This document shows positions 51,901 through 64,000 of a DNA stretch of 64,000 bases, in pieces. Each line of letters starts with the position of its first letter. The first letter of the stretch is position 1. The stretch is from Eledone cirrhosa (Eukaryota): assembly GCA_964016885.1 (NCBI GenBank), contig OZ024752.1, positions 34,472,001 through 34,536,000 on the forward strand, in the 5' to 3' direction. The notes beneath the pieces are model-generated. The model made no database searches, was not told the DNA's origin, and saw nothing but the letters and a program-made list of their open reading frames with translations. The position numbers and the translations under genes are program-made.

Positions 51901-54900
51901 TACAGGGTTACTGAGAAGGGGCAATGGTAAGACAGAGAGAACATGCACAGGGTTACTGAGAAAGGGCAATGGTAAGACGGAGAGAACATGCACAGGGTTA
52001 CTGAGAAGGGGCAATGGTGAGACAGAGAGAACATGCACAGGGTTACTGAGAAGGGGCAATGATAAGACAGAGAGAACATGCACAGGGTTACTGAGAAAGG
52101 GCAATGGTAAGACGGAGAGAACATGCACAGGGTTACTGAGAAGGGGCAATGGTAAGACAGAGAGAACATGCACAGGGTTACTGAGAAGGGGCAATGGTAA
52201 GACAGAGAGAACATGCACAGGGTTACTGAGAAAGGGCAATGGTAAGACGGAGAGAACATGCACAGGGTTACTGAGAAGGGGCAATGGTGAGACAGAGAGA
52301 ACATGCACAGGGTTACTGAGAAGGGGCAATGATAAGACAGAGAGAACATGCACAGGGTTACTGAGAAAGGGCAATGGTAAGACGGAGAGAACATGCACAG
52401 GGTTACTGAGAAGGGGCAATGGTAAGACGGAGAGAACATGCACAGGGTTACTGAGAAGGGGCAATGGTAAGACAGAGAGAACATGCACAGGGTTACTGAG
52501 AAGGGACAATGGTAAGACAGAGAGAACATGCACAGGGTTACTGAGAAGGGGCAATGGTAAGACAGAGAGAACATGTACAGGGTTACTGAGAAGGGGCAAT
52601 GGTAAGACAGAGAGAACATGTACAGGGTTACTGAGAAGGGGCAATGATAAGACAGAGAGAACATGCACAGGGTTACTGAGAAGGGGGCAATGGTAAGACA
52701 GAGAGAACATGCACAGGGTTACTGAGAAGGGGCAATGGTAAGACAGAGAGAACATGCACAGGGTTACTGAGAAGGGGCAATGGTAAGACAGAGAGAACAT
52801 GCACAGGGTTACTGAGAAAGGGCAATGGTAAGACAGAGAGAACATGTACAGGGTTACTGAGAAGGGGCAATGGTAAGACAGAGAGAACATGCACAGGGTT
52901 ACTGAGAAGGGGCAATGGTAAGACAAAGAGAACATGCACAGGGTTACGGAGAAGGGGCAATGGTAGACAGAGAGAACATGCACAGTGTTACTGAGAAGGG
53001 GAAATAGTAAGACAGAGAGAACATGCACTGGGTTACTGAGAAGGGGCAATGGTAAGACAGAGAGAACATGCACAGGGTTACTGAGAAGGGGCAATGGTAA
53101 GACAGAGAGAACATGCACAGTGTTACTGAAAAGGGGAAATAGTAAGACAGAGAGAACATGCACAGGGTTACTGAGAAGAGGCAATGGTAAGACAGAGAGA
53201 ACATGCACAGGGTTACTGAGAAAGGGCAATGGTAAGACAGAGAGAACATGTACAGGGTTACTGAGAAGGGGCAATGGTAAGACAGAGAGAACATGCACAG
53301 GGTTACTGAGAAGGGGCAATGGTAAGACAGAGAGAACATGCACAGGGTAACTGAGAAGAGGCAATGGTAAGACAGAGAGAACATGCACAGGGTTACTGAG
53401 AAGGGGCAATGGTAAGACAGAGAGAACATGCACAGGGTTACTGAGAAGGGGCAATGGTAAGACAGAGAGAACATGCACAGGGTTACTGAGAAAGGGCAAT
53501 GGTAAGACAGAGAGAACATGTACAGGGTTACTGAGAAGGGGCAATGGTAAGACAGAGAGAACATGCACAGGGTAACTGAGAAGAGGCAATGGTAAGACAG
53601 AGAGAACATGCACAGGGTTACTGAGAAAGGTCAATGGTAAGACAGAGAGAACATGCACAGGGTTACTGAGAAAGGGCAATGGTAAGACAGAGAGAACATG
53701 CACAGGGTTACTGAGAAGGGGCAATGGTAAGACAGAGAGAACATGTACAGTGGTACTGAGAAGGGGCAATGGTAAGACAAAGAGAACATGCACAGGGTTA
53801 CTGAGAAAAGGCAATGGTAAGACAGAGAGAACATGCACAGTGTTACTGAGAAGGGGCAATGGTAAGACAGAGAGAACATGCACAGGGTTACTGAGAAGGG
53901 GCAATGGTAAGACAGAGAGAACATGCACAGGGTTACTGAGAAAGGGAAATAGTAAGACAGAGAGAACATGCACAGGGTTACTGAGAAGGGGAAATGGTAA
54001 GACAGAGAGAACATGCACAGGGTTACTGAGAAGGGGCAATGGTAAGACAGAGAGAACATGCACAGGGTTACTGAGAAGGGGCAATGGTAAGACAGAGAGA
54101 ACATGCACAGGGTTACTGAGAAAGGGCAATGGTAAGACAGAGAGAACATGCACAGGGTTACTGAGAAGGGGAAATGGTAAGACAGAGAGAACATGCACAG
54201 GGTTACTGAGAAGGGGCAATGGTAAGACAGAGAGAACATGCACAGGGTTACTGAGAAGGGGCAATGGTAAGACAGAGAGAACATGCACAGGGTTACTGAG
54301 AAAGGGCAATGGTAAGACAGAGAGAACATGCACAGGGTTACTGAGAAGGGGCAATGGTAAGACAGAGAGAACATGCACAGTGGTACTGAGAAGGGGCAAT
54401 GGTAAGACAAAGAGAACATGCACAGGGTTACTGAGAAGGGGCAATGGTAAGACAGAGAGAACATGCACAGTGTTACTGAGAAGGGGCAATGGTAAGACAG
54501 AGAGAACATGCACAGGGTTACTGAGAAGGGGCAATGGTAAGACAGAGAGAACATGCACAGGGTTACTGAGAAAGGGAAATAGTAAGACAGAGAGTACATG
54601 CACAGGGTTACTGAGAAGGGGAAATGGTAAGACAGAGAGAACATGCACAGGGTTACTGAGAAGGGGCAATGGTAAGGCAGAGAGAACAGGCACAGGGTTA
54701 CTGAGAAGGGGCAATGGTAAGACAGAGAGAACATGCACAGGGTTACTGAGAAGGGGCAATGGTAAGACAGAGAGAACATGTACAGGGTTACTGAGAAGGG
54801 GCAATGGTAAGACAGAGAGAACATGCACAGGGTTACTGAGAAAGGGAAATGGTAAGACAGAGAGAACATGCACAGTGTTACTGAGAAGGGGCAATGGTAA

Positions 54901-57900
54901 GACAGAGGGAACATGCACAGGGTTACTGAGAAAGGGAAATGGTAAGACAGAGAGAACCTGCACAGGGTTACTGAGAAGGGGCAATGGTAAGACAGAGAGA
55001 ACAGGCACAGGGTTACTGAGAAGGGGCAATGGTAAGACAGAGAGAACATGCACAGGGTTACTGAGAAGGGGCAATGGTAAGACAGAGAGAACATGCACAG
55101 GGTTACTGAGAAGGGGCAATGGTAAGACAGAGAGAACATGCACAGGGTTACTGAGAAGGGGAAATGGTAAGACAGAGAGAACATCCACAGGGTTACTGAG
55201 AAGGGGAAATGGTAAGACAGAGAGAACATGCACAGGGTTACTGAGAAGGGGCAATGGTGAGACAGAGAGAACATGCACAGGGTTACTGAGAAGGGGCAAT
55301 GGTAAGACAGAGAGAACATGCACAGTGTTACTGAGAAGGGGCAATGGTAAGACAGAGAGAACATGCACAGGGTTACTGATAAAGGGAAATGGTAAGACAG
55401 AGAGAACATGCAGAGGGTTACTGAGAAGGGGCAATGGTAAGACAGAGAGAACATGCACAGGGTTACTGACAAGGGGCAATGGTAAGACAGAGAGAACATG
55501 TACAGGGTTACTGAGAAGGGGCAATGGTAAGACAGAGAGAACATGCACAGGGTTACTGAGAAAGGGCAATGGTAAGACAGAGAGAACATGCACAGGGTTA
55601 CTGAGAAGGGGAAATGGTAAGACAGAGAGAACATGCACAGGGTTACTGATAAAGGGAAATGGTAAGACAGAGAGAACATGCAGAGGGTTACTGAGAAGGG
55701 GCAATGGTAAGACAGAGAGAACATGCACAGTGTTACTGAGAAGGGGCAATGGAAAGACATAGAGAACATGCACAGGGTTACTGAGAAGGGGCAATGGTGG
55801 GACAGAGAGAACATGTACAGGGTTACTGAGAATGGGCAATGGTAAGACAGAGAGAACATGCACAGGGTTACTGAGAAGGGGCAATGGTAAGACAGAGAGA
55901 ACATGCACAGGGTTACTGAGAAGAGGCAATGGTGAGACAGAGAGAACATGCACAGGGTTACTGAGAAAGGGCAATGATAAGACAGAGAGAATATGTACAG
56001 GGTTACTGAGAAGGGGCAATGGTAAGACAGAGAGAACATGCACAGGGTTACTGAGAAAGGGCAATGGTAAGACAGAGAGAACATGTACAGGGTTACTGAG
56101 AAGGGGCAATGGTAAGACAGAGAGAACATGCACAATGTTACTGAGTAAGGGCAATGGTAAGACAGAGAGAACATGCACAGGGTTACTGAGAAGGGGCAAT
56201 GGTGAGACAGAGAGAACATGCACAGGGTTACTGAGAAGGGGCAATGATAAGACAGAGAGAACATGCACAGGGTTACTGAGAAAGGGCAATGGTAAGACAG
56301 AGAGAACATGCACAGGGTTACTGAGAAGGGGCAATGGTAAGACAGAGAGAACATGCACAGGGTTACTGAGAAGGGGCAATGGTAAGACAGAGAGAACATG
56401 CACAGGGTTACTGAGAAAGGGCAATGGTAAGACAGAAAGAACATGCACAGGGTTACTGAGAAAGGGCAATGATAAGACAGAGAGAACATGTACAGGGTTA
56501 CTGAGAAGGGGCAATGGTAAGACAGAGAGAACATGCACAGGGTTACTGAGAAGGGGCAATGGTAAGACAGAGAGAACATGCACAGGGTTACTGAGAAGGG
56601 GCAATGGTAAGACAGAGAGAACATGTACAGGGTTACTGAGAAGGGGCAATGGTAAGACAGAGAGAACATGCACAGGGTTACTGAAAAGGGGCAATGGTAA
56701 GACAGAGAGAACATGCACAGGGTTACGGAGAAGGGGCAATGGTAGACAGAGAGAACATGCACAGTGTTACTGAGAAGGGGAAATAGTAAGACAGAGTGAA
56801 CATGCACTGGGTTAGTGAGAAGGGGCAATGGTAAGACAGAGAGAACATGCACAGGGTTACTGAGAAGGGGCAATGGTAAGACAGAGAGAACATGCACAGT
56901 GTTACTGAGAAGGGGAAATAGTAAGACAGAGAGAACATGCACAGGGTTACTGAGAAGAGGCAATGGTAAGACAGAGAGAACATGCACAGGGTTACTGAGA
57001 AGGGGCAATGGTAAGACAGAGAGAACATGCACAGGGTTAGTGAGAAAGGGCAATGGTAAGACAGAGAGAACATGCACAGGGTTACTGAGAAGAGGCAATG
57101 GTAAGACAGAGAGGTCATGCACAGGGTTACTGAGAAGAGGCAATGGTAAGACAGAGAGAACATGCACAGGGTTACTGAGAAGGGGCAATGGTAAGACAGA
57201 GAGAACATGCACAGGGTTACTGAGAAGGGGAAATGGTAAGACAGAGAGACCATGCACAGTGTTACTGTGAAGGGCAATGGTAAGACAGAGAGAACATGCA
57301 CAGTGTTACTGAGAATGGCAATGGTAAGACAGAGAGAACATGCACAGTGTTACTGAGAAGGGCAATGGTAAGACAGAGAGAACATGCACAGGGTTACTGA
57401 GAAGGGGCAATGGTAAGACAGAGAGAACATGCACAGGGTTACTGAGAAGGGGAAATGGTAAGACAGAGAGAACATCCACAGGGTTACTGAGAAGGGGCAA
57501 TGGTAAGACAGAGAGAACATCCACAGGGTTACTGAGAAGGGGCAATGGTGAGACAGAGAGAACATGCACAGTGGTACTGAGAAGGGGCAATGGTAAGACA
57601 GAGAGAACATCCACAGGGTTACTGAGAAGGGGCAATGGTAAGACAGAGAGAACATGCACAGGGTTACTGAGAAGGGGCAATGGTAAGACAGAGAGAACAT
57701 GCAGAGGGTTACTGAGAAGGGGCAATGGTAAGACAGAGAGAACATGCACAGGGTTACTGAGAAGGGGCAATGGTAAGACAGAGAGAACATGCAGAGGGTT
57801 ACTGAGAAGGGGCAATGGTAAGACAGAGAGAACATGCACAGGGTTACTGAGAAGGGGCAATGGTAAGACAGTGAGAACATGTACAGGGTTACTGAGAAGG

Positions 57901-60900
57901 GGCAATGGTAAGACAGAGAGAACATGCACAGGGTTACTGAGAAAGGGCAATGGTAAGACAGAGAGAACATGCACAGTGTTACTAAGAAGGGGCAATGGTA
58001 AGACAGAGAGAACATGCACAGGGTTACTGAGAAGGGGCAATGGTAAGACAGAGAGAACATGCACAGGGTTACTGAGAAAGGGCAATGGTAAGACAGAGAG
58101 AACATGCACAGTGTTACTGAGAAGGGGAAATAGTAAGACAGAGAGAACATGCACAGGGTTACTGAGAAGAGGCAATGGTAAGACAGAGAGAACATGCACA
58201 GGGTTACTGAGAAGGGGCAATGGTAAGACAGAGAGAACATGCACAGGGTTAGTGAGAAAGGGCAATGGTAAGACAGAGAGAACATGCACAGGGTTACTGA
58301 GAAGAGGCAATGGTAAGACAGAGAGGTCATGCACAGGGTTACTGAGAAGAGGCAATGGTAAGACAGAGAGAACATGCACAGGGTTACTGAGAAGGGGCAA
58401 TGGTAAGACAGAGAGAACATGCACAGGGTTACTGAGAAAGGGCAATGATAAGACAGAGAGAACATGCACAGGGTTACTGAGAAGGGGAAATGGTAAGACA
58501 GAGAGACCATGCACAGTGTTACTGTGAAGGGCAATGGTAAGACAGAGAGAACATGCACAGTGTTACTGAGAAGGGCAATGGTAAGACAGAGAGAACATGC
58601 ACAGTGTTACTGAGAAGGGCAATGGTAAGACAGAGAGAACATGCACAGGGTTACTGAGAAGGGGCAATGGTAAGACAGAGAGAACATGCACAGGGTTACT
58701 GAGAAGGGGAAATGGTAAGACAGAGAGAACATCCACAGGGTTACTGAGAAGGGGCAATGGTAAGACAGAGAGAACATCCACAGGGTTACTGAGAAGGGGC
58801 AATGGTGAGACAGAGAGAACATGCACAGTGGTACTGAGAAGGGGCAATGGTAAGACAGAGAGAACATCCACAGGGTTACTGAGAAGGGGCAATGGTAAGA
58901 CAGAGAGAACATGTACAGGGTTACTGAGAAGGGGCAATGGTAAGACAGAGAGAACATGCACAGGGTTACTGAGAAAGGGAAATGGTAAGACAGAGAGAAC
59001 ATGCACAGTGTTACTGAGAAGGGGCAATGGTAAGACAGAGGGAACATGCACAGGGTTACTGAGAAAGGGAAATGGTAAGACAGAGAGAACCTGCACAGGG
59101 TTACTGAGAAGGGGCAATGGTAAGACAGAGAGAACAGGCACAGGGTTACTGAGAAGGGGCAATGGTAAGACAGAGAGAACATGCACAGGGTTACTGAGAA
59201 GGGGCAATGGTAAGACAGAGAGAACATGCACAGGGTTACTGAGAAGGGGCAATGGTAAGACAGAGAGAACATGCACAGGGTTACTGAGAAGGGGAAATGG
59301 TAAGACAGAGAGAACATCCACAGGGTTACTGAGAAGGGGAAATGGTAAGACAGAGAGAACATGCACAGGGTTACTGAGAAGGGGCAATGGTGAGACAGAG
59401 AGAACATGCACAGGGTTACTGAGAAGGGGCAATGGTAAGACAGAGAGAACATGCACAGTGTTACTGAGAAGGGGCAATGGTAAGACAGAGAGAACATGCA
59501 CAGGGTTACTGATAAAGGGAAATGGTAAGACAGAGAGAACATGCAGAGGGTTACTGAGAAGGGGCAATGGTAAGACAGAGAGAACATGCACAGGGTTACT
59601 GACAAGGGGCAATGGTAAGACAGAGAGAACATGTACAGGGTTACTGAGAAGGGGCAATGGTAAGACAGAGAGAACATGCACAGGGTTACTGAGAAAGGGC
59701 AATGGTAAGACAGAGAGAACATGCACAGGGTTACTGAGAAGGGGAAATGGTAAGACAGAGAGAACATGCACAGGGTTACTGATAAAGGGAAATGGTAAGA
59801 CAGAGAGAACATGCAGAGGGTTACTGAGAAGGGGCAATGGTAAGACAGAGAGAACATGCACAGTGTTACTGAGAAGGGGCAATGGAAAGACATAGAGAAC
59901 ATGCACAGGGTTACTGAGAAGGGGCAATGGTAAGACAGAGAGAACATGCACAGGGTTACTGAGAAGAGGCAATGGTGAGACAGAGAGAACATGCACAGGG
60001 TTACTGAGAAAGGGCAATGATAAGACAGAGAGAATATGTACAGGGTTACTGAGAAGGGGCAATGGTAAGACAGAGAGAACATGCACAGGGTTACTGAGAA
60101 AGGGCAATGGTAAGACAGAGAGAACATGTACAGGGTTACTGAGAAGGGGCAATGGTAAGACAGAGAGAACATGCACAATGTTACTGAGTAAGGGCAATGG
60201 TAAGACAGAGAGAACATGCACAGGGTTACTGAGAAGGGGCAATGGTGAGACAGAGAGAACATGCACAGGGTTACTGAGAAGGGGCAATGATAAGACAGAG
60301 AGAACATGCACAGGGTTACTGAGAAAGGGCAATGGTAAGACAGAGAGAACATGCACAGGGTTACTGAGAAGGGGCAATGGTAAGACAGAGAGAACATGCA
60401 CAGGGTTACTGAGAAGGGGCAATGGTAAGACAGAGAGAACATGCACAGGGTTACTGAGAAAGGGCAATGGTAAGACAGAGAGAACATGCACAGGGTTACT
60501 GAGAAAGGGCAATGATAAGACAGAGAGAACATGTACAGGGTTACTGAGAAGGGGCAATGGTAAGACAGAGAGAACATGCACAGGGTTACTGAGAAGGGGC
60601 AATGGTAAGACAGAGAGAACATGCACAGGGTTACTGAGAAGGGGCAATGGTAAGACAGAGAGAACATGTACAGGGTTACTGAGAAGGGGCAATGGTAAGA
60701 CAGAGAGAACATGCACAGGGTTACTGAAAAGGGGCAATGGTAAGACAGAGAGAACATGCACAGGGTTACGGAGAAGGGGCAATGGTAGACAGAGAGAACA
60801 TGCACAGTGTTACTGAGAAGGGGAAATAGTAAGACAGAGTGAACATGCACTGGGTTAGTGAGAAGGGGCAATGGTAAGACAGAGAGAACATGCACAGGGT

Positions 60901-63900
60901 TACTGAGAAGGGGCAATGGTAAGACAGAGAGAACATGCACAGTGTTACTGAGAAGGGGAAATAGTAAGACAGAGAGAACATGCACAGGGTTACTGAGAAG
61001 AGGCAATGGTAAGACAGAGAGAACATGCACAGGGTTACTGAGAAGGGGCAATGGTAAGACAGAGAAAACATGCACAGGGTTAGTGAGAAAGGGCAATGGT
61101 AAGACAGAGAGAACATGCACAGGGTTACTGAGAAGAGGCAATGGTAAGACAGAGAGGTCATGCACAGGGTTACTGAGAAGAGGCAATGGTAAGACAGAGA
61201 GAACATGCACAGGGTTACTGAGAAGGGGCAATGGTAAGACAGAGAGAACATGCACAGGGTTACTGAGAAGGGGAAATGGTAAGACAGAGAGACCATGCAC
61301 AGTGTTACTGTGAAGGGCAATGGTAAGACAGAGAGAACATGCACAGTGTTACTGAGAAGGGCAATGGTAAGACAGAGAGAACATGCACAGTGTTACTGAG
61401 AAGGGCAATGGTAAGACAGAGAGAACATGCACAGGGTTACTGAGAAGGGGCAATGGTAAGACAGAGAGAACATGCACAGGGTTACTGAGAAGGGGAAATG
61501 GTAAGACAGAGAGAACATCCACAGGGTTACTGAGAAGGGGCAATGGTAAGACAGAGAGAACATCCACAGGGTTACTGAGAAGGGGCAATGGTGAGACAGA
61601 GAGAACATGCACAGTGGTACTGAGAAGGGGCAATGGTAAGACAGAGAGAACATCCACAGGGTTACTGAGAAGGGGCAATGGTAAGACAGAGAGAACATGC
61701 ACAGGGTTACTGAGAAGGGGCAATGGTAAGACAGAGAGAACATGCAGAGGGTTACTGAGAAGGGGCAATGGTAAGACAGAGAGAACATGCACAGGGTTAC
61801 TGAGAAGGGGCAATGGTAAGACAGAGAGAACATGCAGAGGGTTACTGAGAAGGGGCAATGGTAAGACAGAGAGAACATGCACAGGGTTACTGAGAAGGGG
61901 CAATGGTAAGACAGTGAGAACATGTACAGGGTTACTGAGAAGGGGCAATGGTAAGACAGAGAGAACATGCACAGGGTTACTGAGAAAGGGCAATGGTAAG
62001 ACAGAGAGAACATGCACAGTGTTACTAAGAAGGGGCAATGGTAAGACAGAGAGAACATGCACAGGGTTACTGAGAAGGGGCAATGGTAAGACAGAGAGAA
62101 CATGCACAGGGTTACTGAGAAAGGGCAATGGTAAGACAGAGAGAACATGCACAGTGTTACTGAGAAGGGGAAATAGTAAGACAGAGTGAACATGCACTGG
62201 GTTAGTGAGAAGGGGCAATGGTAAGACAGAGAGAACATGCACAGGGTTACTGAGAAGGGGCAATGGTAAGACAGAGAGAACATGCACAGTGTTACTGAGA
62301 AGGGGAAATAGTAAGACAGAGAGAACATGCACAGGGTTACTGAGAAGAGGCAATGGTAAGACAGAGAGAACATGCACAGGGTTACTGAGAAGGGGCAATG
62401 GTAAGACAGAGAGAACATGCACAGGGTTAGTGAGAAAGGGCAATGGTAAGACAGAGAGAACATGCACAGGGTTACTGAGAAGAGGCAATGGTAAGACAGA
62501 GAGGTCATGCACAGGGTTACTGAGAAGAGGCAATGGTAAGACAGAGAGAACATGCACAGGGTTACTGAGAAGGGGCAATGGTAAGACAGAGAGAACATGC
62601 ACAGGGTTACTGAGAAGGGGAAATGGTAAGACAGAGAGACCATGCACAGTGTTACTGTGAAGGGCAATGGTAAGACAGAGAGAACATGCACAGTGTTACT
62701 GAGAAGGGCAATGGTAAGACAGAGAGAACATGCACAGTGTTACTGAGAAGGGCAATGGTAAGACAGAGAGAACATGCACAGGGTTACTGAGAAGGGGCAA
62801 TGGTAAGACAGAGAGAACATGCACAGGGTTACTGAGAAGGGGAAATGGTAAGACAGAGAGAACATCCACAGGGTTACTGAGAAGGGGCAATGGTAAGACA
62901 GAGAGAACATCCACAGGGTTACTGAGAAGGGGCAATGGTGAGACAGAGAGAACATGCACAGTGGTACTGAGAAGGGGCAATGGTAAGACAGAGAGAACAT
63001 CCACAGGGTTACTGAGAAGGGGCAATGGTAAGACAGAGAGAACATGCACAGGGTTACTGAGAAGGGGCAATGGTAAGACAGAGAGAACATGCAGAGGGTT
63101 ACTGAGAAGGGGCATTGGTAAGACAGAGAGAACATGCACAGGGTTACTGAGAAGGGGCAATGGTAAGACAGAGAGAACATGCAGAGGGTTACTGAGAAGG
63201 GGCAATGGTAAGACAGAGAGAACATGCACAGGGTTACTGAGAAGGGGCAATGGTAAGACAGTGAGAACATGTACAGGGTTACTGAGAAGGGGCAATGGTA
63301 AGACAGAGAGAACATGCACAGGGTTACTGAGAAAGGGCAATGGTAAGACAGAGAGAACATGCACAGTGTTACTAAGAAGGGGCAATGGTAAGACAGAGAG
63401 AACATGCACAGGGTTACTGAGAAGGGGCAATGGTAAGACAGAGAGAACATGCACAGGGTTACTGAGAAAGGGCAATGGTAAGACAGAGAGAACATGCACA
63501 GGGTTACTGAGAAGGGGCAATGGTAAGACAGAGAGAACATGCACAGGGTTACTGAGAAAGGGCAATGGTAAGACAGAGAGAACATGCACAGTGTTACTGA
63601 GAAGGGGCAATGGAAAGACAGAGAGAACATGCACAGGGTTACTGAGAAGGGGCAATGGTAATACAGAGAGAACATGCACAGGGTTACTGAGAAGGGGCAA
63701 TGGTAAGACAGAGAGAACATGCACAGGGTTACTGAGAAGGGGCAATGGTAAGACAGAGAGAACATGTACAGTGGTACTGAGAAGAGGCAATGGTAAGACA
63801 GAGAGAACATGCACAGGGTTACTGAGAAGGGGCAATGGTAAGACAGAGAGAACATGCACAGGGTTACTGAGAAGGGGCAATGGTAAGACAGAGAGAACAT

Positions 63901-64000
63901 GCACAGGGTTACTGAGAAGGGTCAATGGTAAGACAGAGAGAACATGTACAGGGTTACTGAGAAGGGGCAATGGTAAGACAGAGAGAACATGCACAGGGTT
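15948..64000. repeat. 45-bp tandem satellite array, ~1,070 units, running off the window end
   Basis: Consensus ACATGCACAGGGTTACTGAGAAGGGGCAATGGTAAGACAGAGAGA, typically 0-2 substitutions per unit and rare 1-bp indels. Confidence 0.99.

Noticed and set aside
15805-64000. Giant ORFs (for example 5041 aa on the minus strand; GLLRRGNGKTERTCT and VLSVLPLPLLSNPVH repeats) as real proteins
   Set aside because: The 45-bp unit is a multiple of 3 and stop-free in three frames at once. Few single changes can create stops in the longest frame, many variants change amino acids in each frame, and stops and frameshifts are propagated by duplication. There is no unique domain.
15948-64000. CRISPR-like array
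   Set aside because: Units are contiguous with no unique spacers, there are no cas genes, and the context is eukaryotic.

Overview
Eukaryotic, microsatellite-rich, gene-poor DNA. The SINE type and the (CA)/(TA)/(CATA)/(TCTA) repeat landscape suggest a cephalopod such as an octopus, but this is inference. No host protein-coding gene is evident. Bases 1-15.9 kb hold simple repeats, a mariner-type MITE whose interior is triplicated, two spacer-less palindromes (940 bp and 320 bp), an apparently full-length and intact Tx1/L1-clade LINE (ORF1 with a zinc knuckle, ORF2 APE-RT-zinc finger, 14-bp target-site duplication inside a (TCTA)n/(TC)n repeat), a tRNA-derived SINE and two minisatellites. From ~15,948 to the window end is one 45-bp satellite array (~1,070 units) with nested higher-order duplications; its giant ORFs are artefacts of the repeat. 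The most notable observation is that both palindromes carry outward-facing, mirror-image type I minimal hammerhead-ribozyme motifs with palindromic helix III, as known from Penelope-like element pLTRs. Two further hammerhead-like motifs of unrelated sequence lie in the same 2.6 kb. All alignments and RNA folds were done by eye.
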